From: Bacilli bacterium
Lineage (GTDB): Bacteria; Bacillota_I; Bacilli_A; RFN20; CAG-826
NCBI GenBank assembly: GCA_024408085.1
Contig: JAKSVH010000003.1
Coordinates: 17,157-81,156 of the forward strand
Reading direction: 5' to 3'
DNA length: 64,000 nucleotides
This document shows positions 1 through 9,283 of this stretch, in pieces. The notes under the pieces were generated by a model. The model was given only the letters and a program-made list of their open reading frames with translations. It ran no database searches and was not told the DNA's origin. A program made the position numbers and the translations under genes. How positions within the stretch are numbered: position 1 is the stretch's first letter; each line of letters starts with the position of its first letter.

Positions 1-14
1 ATCTTAATAAGTAT

Positions 15-350
15 TTGCCAACTCCAAAGCACGAAGGAGCGGGCTTAATCAACATTGCTTTTATTAAAATGTGCGTTGAAGACATTATTAATAGAACTGT
101 CCCAAACAAAGTACATAAAGTTTATTTGTTTGGTTCATATGCTAGAGGTGAACAAAAATCGTCTTCTGATGTTGATTTAAGAATGGAAACAAAAGAACCA
201 ATTGGATTAATCAAAATTGGTGCTATTAGGCAACAACTTGTTGATATGTTAGGCAAAGAAGTTGATCTTATCGTTTCTCATACAAAGGAATTAGATCCTT
301 TATTTTATGAATCTATCAAGAAAGACGAGGTATGTATTTATGAACACTAG
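15..350 (+). CDS. mntA: MntA-like minimal nucleotidyltransferase (antitoxin of an MNT/HEPN pair). The 5' end is uncertain: the frame is open to the window edge and there is an internal ATG at 69.
   Basis: Nucleotidyltransferase signature LFGSYARGEQKSSSDVDL (GSxxRG...DxD). The 3' end overlaps the downstream HEPN gene. Confidence 0.7.
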   Translation: MPTPKHEGAGLINIAFIKMCVEDIINRTVPNKVHKVYLFGSYARGEQKSSSDVDLRMETKEPIGLIKIGAIRQQLVDMLGKEVDLIVSHTKELDPLFYESIKKDEVCIYEH

Positions 351-690
351 AAACAAAATGTACATTGAACACATAATTGCTCATTATGAAGAACTTCAAA
401 AAGCTCTTGCAGAAATTAATGACAATTATGATGACTTCTTAAACAGCAAAGTTTATAGAAAAGCAATTACATTCGATTTATTTCAAATTGGTGAACTGTT
501 TAATCACTTATCTACTGATATAAAAACCAATTTCTCATCTGAAGACGTTTCAGGTATTAAGAATATTAGAAATTGTATTGCTCACGGTTATGTTCACATT
601 GAAAACGATGAACTATGGGATACAGCTCATCACGATATTCCAAGAATCGTTTCAATTATAAAAGATTTAAAAGAATCAGAGTTAATTTAA
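340..690 (+). CDS. hepT: HepT-like HEPN/DUF86 toxin
   Basis: HEPN R-x4-H-x-Y motif RNCIAHGY. ATG 340 lies 10 nt after GAGG and overlaps the mntA stop. The track start at 307 was rejected in favour of 340. Confidence 0.7.
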   Translation: MNTRNKMYIEHIIAHYEELQKALAEINDNYDDFLNSKVYRKAITFDLFQIGELFNHLSTDIKTNFSSEDVSGIKNIRNCIAHGYVHIENDELWDTAHHDIPRIVSIIKDLKESELI

Positions 691-691
691 A

Positions 692-716
692 AGAAAAAAC
701 ATCTCATAGAGATGTT
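692..716 (-). terminator. Rho-independent terminator downstream of tRNA-Ser(GGA)
   Basis: Stem AACATCTC / GAGATGTT with a 3-nt loop, followed on the minus strand by TTTTTTCTT. Confidence 0.6.
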
Positions 717-724
717 ATATTCAA

Positions 725-815
725 TGGCGGAGAATTAGGGATTTGAACCCTAGCGCCCCTTTCGGAACCTACGAGCTTTCCAAGCCCGCCCCTTCAGCCT
801 CTTGGGTAATTCTCC
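725..815 (-). tRNA. tRNA-Ser (anticodon GGA)
   Basis: The reverse complement folds as a cloverleaf: acceptor GGAGAAT/ATTCTCC, anticodon arm CGGGC-TTGGAAA-GCTCG, long variable arm, T-loop TTCAAAT, encoded CCA. Confidence 0.9.
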
Positions 816-864
816 AGTGCGAAATGTATTATACATTATTCGTAATTAAAAGTATAATTAATTT

Positions 865-1176
865 ATGGAAAATTTAGAGTTAAAACAAATGATTGAAGAC
901 AAAGTCTTTTCTAAGGAGTTCCTTGAACTTCTTTTAGAAAACTTTTCAGAGATTGAAGTTCTTTGTTTTGCTCATAAAGAATATTTAAACTCTAAAAACG
1001 AATATTTGATTAAAAAATATCCTGAATTAGATGTATCAAAAATAAAGGAATATTACGCTAAAGTAAAACTTTATGTTGAACAAGCGGACGCTAATGTTGA
1101 TCCACTTAAAGCTATGGAAAATGATACAAACCTTAAGAATGTTCGTACTAAACCTGATCAAAAGCATTTATTATGA
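865..1176 (+). CDS. Hypothetical small acidic protein (103 aa)
   Basis: Open frame whose stop overlaps the next gene (ATGA). TATAAT at 853-858 lies 6 nt upstream of the ATG. No recognisable motif. Confidence 0.5.
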   Translation: MENLELKQMIEDKVFSKEFLELLLENFSEIEVLCFAHKEYLNSKNEYLIKKYPELDVSKIKEYYAKVKLYVEQADANVDPLKAMENDTNLKNVRTKPDQKHLL

Positions 1177-2129
1177 AAAAGATTGTTATTTCTTCTAAAG
1201 AAGCAAATCAAAGAGTAGATAAGTATGTTAAGAAATATCTTAACCTTGCTCCTCTATCTTTCATTTACAAACTTTTTAGAAAGAAAGATGTCAAAATTAA
1301 CGGACATTGGGTTAAAGAATCTTACATTCTTAAAGAAGGCGAAGAATTAACCATCTTTGTTACAGACGCTCAAGTAGAAGAATTCAATAAACCAAAAGAA
1401 ATTGAAAAAGTTAATCTTAATCATCCAATTATTTTTGAAGATGACAATATTTTAGTGATCAATAAACCTAGAGGACTCTTAGTCCACGGAGATGAAGGTG
1501 AGAAAAGAGTGACTTTATCAAATGAAGTTATTAACTACCTTTATTTCAAAGGCGAATATGATCCAAAGAGCGATAAAGGCTTTGCACCAGCACCTGCACA
1601 TAGACTTGATCGAAATACATCCGGTTTAGTGGTGTTCGCCAAGAACCTTGTTTCTCTTCAAGAATTAGAACTTCTTTTCAAAGAAAAGGAAGACATTAAA
1701 AAGGAATACTTAGCTTTAGTGGTTGGACACCTAGTAGGCGAAAGAACAATAGATGCCCCATTAAAGAAGGATATGAACACAGGACTAGTAAAAGTTGCTA
1801 GAGACGGTAAAAGTGCCTTAACGAAGGTAAAACCAGTGAAATATTATGGTGATTACACTTTAGTGAACGTTCAAATCTACACAGGAAGAACTCACCAGAT
1901 AAGAGTTCACCTTGCTTCGATTGGTTTTCCAGTAGTGGGAGACGCTAAATACGGAGACTTTAAAGTTAATAAAGAATTTAGAGATTTATATAAATTTGAA
2001 AATCAATTTCTTCACGCTTATAAATTAACCTTCTTAAAATTAAAAGGTCACCTAAGTTACTTAAGTGACAAGGTAATTGAAACTTCCTTACCAGAAGTTG
2101 AAGATAAATTACTAAAGAAGATTATTTGA
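1173..2129 (+). CDS. RluA-family (RluC/RluD-type) 23S rRNA pseudouridine synthase
   Basis: N-terminal S4-like domain; catalytic motif HRLDRNTSGL; GRTHQIRVH motif. Confidence 0.85.
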   Translation: MKKIVISSKEANQRVDKYVKKYLNLAPLSFIYKLFRKKDVKINGHWVKESYILKEGEELTIFVTDAQVEEFNKPKEIEKVNLNHPIIFEDDNILVINKPRGLLVHGDEGEKRVTLSNEVINYLYFKGEYDPKSDKGFAPAPAHRLDRNTSGLVVFAKNLVSLQELELLFKEKEDIKKEYLALVVGHLVGERTIDAPLKKDMNTGLVKVARDGKSALTKVKPVKYYGDYTLVNVQIYTGRTHQIRVHLASIGFPVVGDAKYGDFKVNKEFRDLYKFENQFLHAYKLTFLKLKGHLSYLSDKVIETSLPEVEDKLLKKII

Positions 2130-2934
2130 GAATTTTCTTAAGTGTATGATAAATGCCATCGTGGTCATTATCCTTAACGGAAACCATGGTGACTTTTTCT
2201 TTTAAATCATATTTTGCATTAGACATTAAAACTGATGTTTTTGCAAACTCAAACATTTCGATATCATTAGTGGCATCGCCAAAAGCGATAATTCTTTCTC
2301 TTGGAATGTTGTAGTGTTCTGCGACAACTCTTAAACCATCACCTTTTGAAGCATCTTTGTGGTGGAGTTCAAAATATGGTTTTCCAATCCAAAATATTGG
2401 CAAAATATCAGGCCATTTTTCACAGATCTTTTCAATTTCGCTAGCGTGTCTATATTCTTCAGGACAATGAATTAAGCAAGTCATTGTGTTTTTGTCTAAA
2501 ATATCTTTTAGATTGCCATGGTGGAGATCCATTCCTTTGTACCAGAAGAAATTACCAAGATAAGTATCTTTTTGGTCAACCCAAATATCAGCGTCACTTT
2601 CGCACATTACATTGCGAACATTTTTGCCAACTTTATCAATAACCTCTAAGACAACTTCTTTTGGGAAGCTACGTCTAACTTCTTTAAAATTTGGATCAAC
2701 TGGAGAGTAAATCCATTCACCATTATAAGCAACAACTGGAGTGTCTAATTTTAACTGTTCATAGTAGCCCTTAATACTTCTAGGAGGTCTACCTGATGCA
2801 ATGACAATGTGGTGACCCATTTTGCTGAGTTTTCTCAAAAAACGGGCGGTTTTCCTGGATATTTTCTTCTTTGAGTTAAGAAGAGTGCCGTCCATGTCAA
2901 AGGCTAATATGTATGGTTCAACGACTTTTTTCAT
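2122..2934 (-). CDS. Cof-type HAD-IIB family hydrolase (sugar phosphatase-like)
   Basis: HAD motif I FDMDGTLL and motif IV GDATNDIEMF. Confidence 0.85.
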   Translation of the reverse strand: MKKVVEPYILAFDMDGTLLNSKKKISRKTARFLRKLSKMGHHIVIASGRPPRSIKGYYEQLKLDTPVVAYNGEWIYSPVDPNFKEVRRSFPKEVVLEVIDKVGKNVRNVMCESDADIWVDQKDTYLGNFFWYKGMDLHHGNLKDILDKNTMTCLIHCPEEYRHASEIEKICEKWPDILPIFWIGKPYFELHHKDASKGDGLRVVAEHYNIPRERIIAFGDATNDIEMFEFAKTSVLMSNAKYDLKEKVTMVSVKDNDHDGIYHTLKKILK

Positions 2935-2936
2935 TA

Positions 2937-3923
2937 TTATTTTTTGTTGTATAATCCGACTGCTTTTTGGACTCTTGCAAGAGTTGCGTTAGCGATAACA
3001 GAGGCTTTAGCGGCGCCGTCCTCTAAGACTTTGTCTACGAGTCCGGATTTAACGATTTCTTCATAATGTGCTTTGTATGGTTCCATTTCTGCGACAACGC
3101 AGTCTGCAACAGCGCGTTTGAAATCTCCATAACCTTTACCTTCAAATTCCTTCTCAATATCTTCGAAGGATTTGTCAGTGAGTGCTGACATAATTGTCAT
3201 GAGGTTAGAGATACCTGGTTGTTTTTCTGGGTCATAATGTACATGAGCTTCCATATCTGTAACTGCAGACATGATTTTCTTTCTCATGACATTAATGTCA
3301 TCACTAAGGTAAATGTCACCTTTTGGATCTGATTTAGACATCTTCTTTGTTGGATCAGATAAAGACATAATTCTTTTACCTACTTTAGCGACTTCTGCCT
3401 TTGGCATTACTAATACGTCTCCATAACGGTTATTGAAACGTTTTACTAAATCTCTTGCTAACTCAACATGTTGAGTTTGGTCTTCTCCAACTGGAATACG
3501 TTTAGAATCGTAGATAACGATATCTGCAGCCATTAAGACAGGATAGGCGAATAAGCCTAAGCCAATGGCTTCTTCTTTCATTTTGGATGATTTATCTTTG
3601 AATTGAGTCATTCTTGATAACTCTCCCATATAGAGATAGTTTTGAAGAATGATTGCAAGTTCAGAGTGTGCTGGAACATCGCTTTGGAGGAAGATTGTTG
3701 CTTTCTTTGGGTCAAGGCCTGCTGCTAAATAATAAGCTGCAATATCTCTTGAGTTTTTGTTTAAATCGGCTGGCTCAATTGGTAGAGTCAAAGCATGTAA
3801 GTCTGCAATGAACAAAAATGCTTCGCCTTCATTTTGAACACGTGCGAAGTTCTTAATTGCTCCAATATAATTGCCAAGAGTAAGTTGGCCTGTTGGTTTA
3901 ATACCACTGAGAATATGATCCAT
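2937..3923 (-). CDS. trpS: Tryptophan--tRNA ligase
   Basis: Class I motifs GIKPTGQLTLGNY (HIGH-like region) and KMSKS. GGAGG Shine-Dalgarno upstream. Confidence 0.95.
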   Translation of the reverse strand: MDHILSGIKPTGQLTLGNYIGAIKNFARVQNEGEAFLFIADLHALTLPIEPADLNKNSRDIAAYYLAAGLDPKKATIFLQSDVPAHSELAIILQNYLYMGELSRMTQFKDKSSKMKEEAIGLGLFAYPVLMAADIVIYDSKRIPVGEDQTQHVELARDLVKRFNNRYGDVLVMPKAEVAKVGKRIMSLSDPTKKMSKSDPKGDIYLSDDINVMRKKIMSAVTDMEAHVHYDPEKQPGISNLMTIMSALTDKSFEDIEKEFEGKGYGDFKRAVADCVVAEMEPYKAHYEEIVKSGLVDKVLEDGAAKASVIANATLARVQKAVGLYNKK

Positions 3924-3985
3924 TGTTATTTACCTCCAAGTAATGGGAATATTATAGAGTAATTAAATATTCGATGTCAATTTTA

Positions 3986-4013
3986 TTGACTTTATCCTAT
4001 TTGTCGGTACAAT
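3986..4013 (+). promoter_or_regulatory. Sigma-A-type promoter of spx (TTGACT-16 nt-TACAAT); the ATG lies 7 nt after the -10
   Basis: TTGACT at 3986-3991 and TACAAT at 4008-4013. No Shine-Dalgarno before ATG 4021. Confidence 0.55.
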
Positions 4014-4020
4014 AAAAACC

Positions 4021-4425
4021 ATGATTAAGATTTATGTTTCTCCAACCTGCTCTTCTTGCATTAAAGTCAAGAAATGGTTTGACGATCAAAATATTCCTTA
4101 TGTTGAAAAAAACATTAATGGACAAGGCTTGAGCGAGAAGGAATTAAGAGAGATGTTAGAGAAATCTGAAAATGGCACTGACGATATCATCTCTTTGCGT
4201 AGCAAAATCATAAAAGAAAAGAACGTTAAGCTTGATGATATGTCTGTATCAGAAATGATACAATTCATTCGTCAGAACCCGACAGTTCTTAGACGACCAA
4301 TTATGGTTGATGATTCACACATCCAAGTCGGCTACGACACAGATGAAATGACTACATTTATTCCAAAAGCAAGACGCTTAAAAGAATTTGTCTGTGATAC
4401 ATGTGAAGAATCAGACAAAAATTAG
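4021..4425 (+). CDS. spx: Spx/ArsC-family redox-sensing transcriptional regulator
   Basis: N-terminal CxxC (CSSC at residues 10-13), LRRPIM motif, about 131-aa size class. Confidence 0.8.
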   Translation: MIKIYVSPTCSSCIKVKKWFDDQNIPYVEKNINGQGLSEKELREMLEKSENGTDDIISLRSKIIKEKNVKLDDMSVSEMIQFIRQNPTVLRRPIMVDDSHIQVGYDTDEMTTFIPKARRLKEFVCDTCEESDKN

Positions 4426-4994
4426 CGTAAAGTTTGTAAGAATCTGGCGAGCTTATTTTGCTCGCTTTTTTGATAGGAAATGTGGTGGTTTTCTAAGAAA
4501 TTTTTAAGGTCATTTTCAGCCTTTTCTTTGCTTGAAGATTCACATTCAATTTCGTAGTCAATAACACCGTTATATTTTGATTTATCGATTGATATTTTTG
4601 AGCCATTAAATTCGATATCTTTTCTCTTAGTTTCAAGCATTCCAATTACTTGGAGTTTTGAGACATCGCAAACGTTATTTTTGATTAAATAATTTTTAAC
4701 TTCACCATCTGGAAATTTTCCAAAATATATGAGATTTGATAGGAAAATCCCTGGTATTTCCTGGTTAATTTCGGTTTTTCCAACTTTCTCAGTGACCTTC
4801 AAAGTGAGCTCGTAATTATGACCAATTTGTCTAATTCTTAAACCAAAATTTTTAACTTTTTCAAGCATCTCTTTTGATGAAATGTAATAGTTAATTTGTT
4901 TGTATTTTTGAACTTTTTTGTATGCTGAAATTAAGGCTTTATAGTCCTCTTTTTTGAGCATCGATTTTGATTCAATTTCTAAGTTTGTTGGCAT
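4422..4994 (-). CDS. CYTH-domain (triphosphate tunnel metalloenzyme, YjbK-like) protein
   Basis: N-terminal ExExK motif (EIESK) and a beta-rich repeat pattern. Spx-linked context as in Bacillus yjb genes. Confidence 0.7.
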   Translation of the reverse strand: MPTNLEIESKSMLKKEDYKALISAYKKVQKYKQINYYISSKEMLEKVKNFGLRIRQIGHNYELTLKVTEKVGKTEINQEIPGIFLSNLIYFGKFPDGEVKNYLIKNNVCDVSKLQVIGMLETKRKDIEFNGSKISIDKSKYNGVIDYEIECESSSKEKAENDLKNFLENHHISYQKSEQNKLARFLQTLR

Positions 4995-4995
4995 A

Positions 4996-5535
4996 TTAAA
5001 ACCAGTGTGCTTTTAAGTCTTCAGTTGGAAGGCCAATTACGTTATCGAAACTGCCTTCAATATGGTTAACTAAATCGAATTCATGATCTTGAATTCCATA
5101 GGCTCCAGCCTTATCCATTGGAGAGCCAGTTTCAATGTATTTATTGATAAGATCATCGCTTAAATTATTGAAGTAAACATAAGTTCTGACTGTTCTTGTA
5201 ATTTCTTTTTCTTTTGATATTAAAGTATAACCAGAAATGACAACGTGTTTTCTTCCTGAAAGTTTCTTTAACATTTCAAAAGCTTTTTCTTTAGTGTGAG
5301 GTTTACCTAAAACTTCACCATCAATAATAACAACAGTATCGCAAGCTAAAATTTTGTCATTCGGATACTTTTGAAATACATCATAAGCTTTCATTTTAGA
5401 AAGCTCACCTGGCAAATCACATGCTGGAACATTAATTATTGATTCATCAATATCTGCAGGAATAACAGTAAAATCTGATGTTATTTTCTTAATTAATTCT
5501 CTTCTTCTTGGAGATCCAGATGCTAAAATAATCAT
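4996..5535 (-). CDS. maf: Maf-like nucleoside triphosphate pyrophosphatase
   Basis: ILASGSPRRRELI N-terminus and C-terminal GAYGIQ motif. Confidence 0.85.
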   Translation of the reverse strand: MIILASGSPRRRELIKKITSDFTVIPADIDESIINVPACDLPGELSKMKAYDVFQKYPNDKILACDTVVIIDGEVLGKPHTKEKAFEMLKKLSGRKHVVISGYTLISKEKEITRTVRTYVYFNNLSDDLINKYIETGSPMDKAGAYGIQDHEFDLVNHIEGSFDNVIGLPTEDLKAHWF

Positions 5536-7199
5536 TTGTTTGAATCCATAACCACAGGAATAACAAGTGGCTTCCTTTCTGTTTTGCGATAAATATATTG
5601 TTCAACAACACGTTTTATTGTTGATTTGATGTTTGAGAATGTTGTCTTTTGTTGCATCAATGATTGTAAGGAATATAAAACAATGTCTTCAATGCGTTTT
5701 GCCATTTGCTCATCATTTGATGAGAATGCTTTTGTTACGCATTTTGGATTAACAATGATTGTTCCGTTTTTAGAATCAATTCCAACAATGATTGAAATCA
5801 TTCCGTCTTCAGACATAATTTCTCTGTCATTAATAACAGCTTCATTTGTACCAGTGAAATCCTTGCTATCAATGTAGACTGGATCAGCAGGATAATGTGG
5901 TCCAATTGCAATACGATGTTTTGTTAAAAGTAAGGAGTCACCATTTTCCATAATAAAGACATTTTGATGGGGAATTCCTAGGGATTCTGCGATTTGTCCG
6001 TGTAATTTAAGCATTCTATATTCACCGTGAATTGGCATAAAATACTTTGGATTCATAAGGTGAAGCATAATGCGAAGTTCTTGTTTTGAAGGGTGTCCAG
6101 AAGAGTGAACTGAGAACAAAACTGAGTTAACTAAAACATCGGCGCCTTTTCTAACAAGTTGGTTAACAACTTTATCAATCATAATTCCATTTCCTGGAAT
6201 TGCGCTTGAAGAGAAGACGACCGTGTCTCCTGGAATGATGTGAAGATCTTTATGTTCTCCGTTAGCAATTCTAGAAAGAGCTGCCATTGGTTCTCCTTGA
6301 GAACCAGTACAAAGAACGCAAACTTCTTTTAATGGATATTCATTAATTTCATTAATTGGAATAAATGATGTATCAGGAATTTTGATATAACCAAAATCTC
6401 TTGCTATATCAACAGCATGTTCCATGCTTCTTCCAATAATTGCAATCTTTCTTCCGTGTTCAACAGCAACTTGGCAGATTTGTTGAATACGTGAAATATT
6501 GCTGGAGAAGGTTGATAAAATCAACCTACCGTGTGCAGCTTCGAAGATATCAATAATTGATTGTAAAACGTTTTTCTCGCTTGGGGTGTAACCTTCAATT
6601 TCAGCATTTGTTGAATCTGATAAAAGAAGATCAACGCCTTCAACTCCAATTTGTGCAATTTTAGCTAATTCGATTTTGTGTCCAACTGGTGTTAAGTCAA
6701 TCTTAAAGTCACCGGTATGAACGATTCTACCGTGTGGTGTGTCAACAACGATTCCGTAGGAATCAGGTATTGAGTGTGTAACGTAAAAGAATGATACTTT
6801 GAATTCATCAATGTTGACGATTGTATCAGAATCATATTCCACGATTTTAACTTCCTCTCTGATTCTCATATCAGCGAGTTTGTGTTTAATAAGTGCGGCG
6901 GCTAATTTTGGTGCATAAATTACAGGAATATGAAGGTTTTGCACTAAAAATGGAATACCACCAATGTGGTCTTCGTGTCCGTGAGTGATGAAAAGAGCTT
7001 TAATTTTCTGTCTTGAATTTCTGAGCTTTTGATAGTCAGGGATGACGTAGTCGACTCCTGGTAAATCAGCTCCTGGGAATAAGACGCCTGCATCAATAAT
7101 GATGAGGGAATTCTCAGATTCAATACAGTAGGTGTTCTTTCCAACTTCACATAATCCGCCCAAGGCATAAATTGAAATTGGAGCTTCGGTAACTGTCAT
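5532..7199 (-). CDS. rnj: Ribonuclease J
   Basis: Metallo-beta-lactamase motif HGHEDHIGG, beta-CASP region, 555 aa. GGAGG Shine-Dalgarno. Confidence 0.9.
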   Translation of the reverse strand: MTVTEAPISIYALGGLCEVGKNTYCIESENSLIIIDAGVLFPGADLPGVDYVIPDYQKLRNSRQKIKALFITHGHEDHIGGIPFLVQNLHIPVIYAPKLAAALIKHKLADMRIREEVKIVEYDSDTIVNIDEFKVSFFYVTHSIPDSYGIVVDTPHGRIVHTGDFKIDLTPVGHKIELAKIAQIGVEGVDLLLSDSTNAEIEGYTPSEKNVLQSIIDIFEAAHGRLILSTFSSNISRIQQICQVAVEHGRKIAIIGRSMEHAVDIARDFGYIKIPDTSFIPINEINEYPLKEVCVLCTGSQGEPMAALSRIANGEHKDLHIIPGDTVVFSSSAIPGNGIMIDKVVNQLVRKGADVLVNSVLFSVHSSGHPSKQELRIMLHLMNPKYFMPIHGEYRMLKLHGQIAESLGIPHQNVFIMENGDSLLLTKHRIAIGPHYPADPVYIDSKDFTGTNEAVINDREIMSEDGMISIIVGIDSKNGTIIVNPKCVTKAFSSNDEQMAKRIEDIVLYSLQSLMQQKTTFSNIKSTIKRVVEQYIYRKTERKPLVIPVVMDSNK

Positions 7200-7260
7200 A
7201 GTTAACCTCCTACGAAAAACGATAGTTGAATTATCTTCGTTGCTTATAAAAGCTATTTAT

Positions 7261-7288
7261 ATTATAAGAAATATAAAAAATATGTCAA
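7261..7288 (-). promoter_or_regulatory. Promoter of rnj (TTGACA-16 nt-TATAAT on the minus strand)
   Basis: Reverse complement of 7283-7288 is TTGACA; reverse complement of 7261-7266 is TATAAT. Confidence 0.6.
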
Positions 7289-7291
7289 TAA

Positions 7292-7852
7292 TTAAAGACG
7301 AATTGCTTCTTCTTTAATTTGGAACGGGTCTTTTTTGTTAATATGATCATAGAAAAGAACCCCATTTAAATGATCAATCTCGTGTTGAAGAACAATAGCT
7401 TCATAGCCACGAGCAGTAATAATTTCTTCTTTCATTGTTGTAGCATTAAATGCTTTAACTTGAATTTTGTAATGACGATAAATGTAACCTTTATGTTCGT
7501 TATCAACTGACAAGCAACCTTCTCCACCAGAAAGATATATTTCTTTAACTGATTCAAGGATGATTTTTGGGTTGATTAAGCGGTGGTCAACTACGTTGAT
7601 TGTACCATCTTCATTTTCTTCTTCGAAATAAACTGCTAAAGCTCTAATATTCCTTCCAACTTGAGGAGCTGCAAGCCCGACACCTTCTCTAATGTTATGC
7701 TTTTCAGCATATTTTTCATCTTGAGAAAGAACAAGATATTTATGTAAATCGTTCACAAAATCAATAATTTCAGGAGTGATTTCTAGAACTTCATCACATC
7801 TTTTGCGAAGTGATGGATTAGAGTCCTTTACAATCTTGAAAACATTTTTCAT
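7292..7852 (-). CDS. def: Peptide deformylase
   Basis: Motifs GLAAPQVG, EGCLS and HEIDHLNG. Confidence 0.92.
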   Translation of the reverse strand: MKNVFKIVKDSNPSLRKRCDEVLEITPEIIDFVNDLHKYLVLSQDEKYAEKHNIREGVGLAAPQVGRNIRALAVYFEEENEDGTINVVDHRLINPKIILESVKEIYLSGGEGCLSVDNEHKGYIYRHYKIQVKAFNATTMKEEIITARGYEAIVLQHEIDHLNGVLFYDHINKKDPFQIKEEAIRL

Positions 7853-7859
7853 GCATCAA

Positions 7860-7892
7860 ATTGTATCATAAAGGATACTAATTTGGTATTAT
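7860..7892. promoter_or_regulatory. Back-to-back divergent extended -10 elements for def (minus strand) and the ylbF-like gene (plus strand)
   Basis: Minus strand TGaTACAAT (7860-7868) lies 7 nt before ATG 7852. Plus strand TGgTATTAT (7884-7892) lies 7 nt before ATG 7900. Neither gene has a Shine-Dalgarno. Confidence 0.55.
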
Positions 7893-7899
7893 ATTTGTT

Positions 7900-8238
7900 A
7901 TGAACCAAAATCTTTTAGAAAAAGTCACAAATTTAAAAGAAGAAATTAACAATTCTCCTGAAGTTAAAGAACTTAACAGACTTAATTCTCTTTTAGAGAA
8001 TGATGAAGAAGTTATGAAACTTTGTTACAGAAAAGATTGTGCAGTCACAAAGTATGAAGATGCTTTAAAGCATTTTGGAGAAAATTCAGACGAAACAATT
8101 CTGGCTCAAAAAGAACTTCATCAAGCAAAGCTTGAACTCGATTCAAATGAGCTTGTTAAGAAATATAATGAACAATTTAAAATTGTTCGTAAAATTTATG
8201 ATAAAATAAACGAGGAAATTTTTAATCCTTTTAATTAA
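7900..8238 (+). CDS. YlbF/YmcA-family (UPF0342-like) protein
   Basis: Helical 112-aa protein directly upstream of rsmD-coaD, as ylbF is in B. subtilis. Confidence 0.55.
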   Translation: MNQNLLEKVTNLKEEINNSPEVKELNRLNSLLENDEEVMKLCYRKDCAVTKYEDALKHFGENSDETILAQKELHQAKLELDSNELVKKYNEQFKIVRKIYDKINEEIFNPFN

Positions 8239-8240
8239 TT

Positions 8241-8774
8241 ATGATTAGAATTACTGGCGGAACAAATAGATCAAGATTACTTGTAACTCCAAATTCAGAG
8301 TTAACAAAACCAACAATGGATAAAGTTAGAGCTGCAGTTTTTTCAGCACTTGGAGATGCAGTTAAAAATGCAAAAGTTTTAGACTTATTTGCAGGTTCAG
8401 GTTCTTATGGATTTGAAGCTTTGTCTCGCGGTGCATCCTCAGCAGTTTTTGTTGATAAGTCACGTGATGCTTATAACTCAATTAAGGAAAATGCAAAGAA
8501 TCTTGGATGTGAAAATGTTGAACTCATTTTTTGTGATTCGTTAGCGTTTTTAAGCGAAAATCACCACAAATTCTCCATTGTTTTTGTAGATCCACCTTAT
8601 AAATTGAATGTTTATGAAACAGTTGTGGAAACGCTTATAAAAGGAAATATGCTTGAGGAGAATGGTATAATAGTTTTAGAAAGCGAACGCGAATTAAATC
8701 TTGATAATTCAATGTTCAAAAGTGTTCGTTTCTACAAATACGGTCTCGCTAAAATATATATAATAAGGAATTAA
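8241..8774 (+). CDS. rsmD: 16S rRNA (guanine966-N2)-methyltransferase RsmD
   Basis: SAM motif DLFAGSGSYGFEALSRGA and DPPY motif. Confidence 0.85.
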   Translation: MIRITGGTNRSRLLVTPNSELTKPTMDKVRAAVFSALGDAVKNAKVLDLFAGSGSYGFEALSRGASSAVFVDKSRDAYNSIKENAKNLGCENVELIFCDSLAFLSENHHKFSIVFVDPPYKLNVYETVVETLIKGNMLEENGIIVLESERELNLDNSMFKSVRFYKYGLAKIYIIRN

Positions 8775-8776
8775 GT

Positions 8777-9247
8777 ATGAATAGAGCAGTTTACCCAGGT
8801 TCATTCGATCCAATAACTAATGGTCATCTTGATATCTTAAATAGAGCACTTAAGGTCTTTGATGAAGTAATCGTGCTTGTCGCAGATAATCCAGATAAGA
8901 AATCTAGATTCTCTGTAGAAGAAAGAGTTCAAATGATTAAAGATGCAACTAGAGACATGAAAGGTGTTAAAGTTGATTCAACATCAGGTCTTACAGTTGA
9001 CTATGCTAACAAAGTTAATGCTAAACATTTAGTTAGAGGACTCAGAACCGTCACCGATTTCAAATATGAATACAAGCTTGCAGAAGCTTACCATAAGGTA
9101 GACCCAACAATTGATTTAGTCTTCTTTATGGCGGATGAAGAATATTCTTCAATCTCAAGTAGCAAAGTTGATGAACTTGCTAAATCAAATAAAGACGTAA
9201 AAAATTTAGTTCCTGATTCAGTTAATAAAATGTATCAAAAAAAGTAA
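8777..9247 (+). CDS. coaD: Phosphopantetheine adenylyltransferase
   Basis: YPGSFDPITNGHLD nucleotidyltransferase motif; 156 aa. Confidence 0.92.
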   Translation: MNRAVYPGSFDPITNGHLDILNRALKVFDEVIVLVADNPDKKSRFSVEERVQMIKDATRDMKGVKVDSTSGLTVDYANKVNAKHLVRGLRTVTDFKYEYKLAEAYHKVDPTIDLVFFMADEEYSSISSSKVDELAKSNKDVKNLVPDSVNKMYQKK

Positions 9248-9271
9248 GTCAATCGACTTACTTTTTATTTT
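9241..9271. terminator. Bidirectional rho-independent terminator between coaD and the convergent membrane-protein gene
   Basis: Stem AAAGTAAGTC / GACTTACTTT with loop AATC, flanked by A- and T-runs. Confidence 0.7.
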
Positions 9272-9283
9272 ATAAATAATAAA

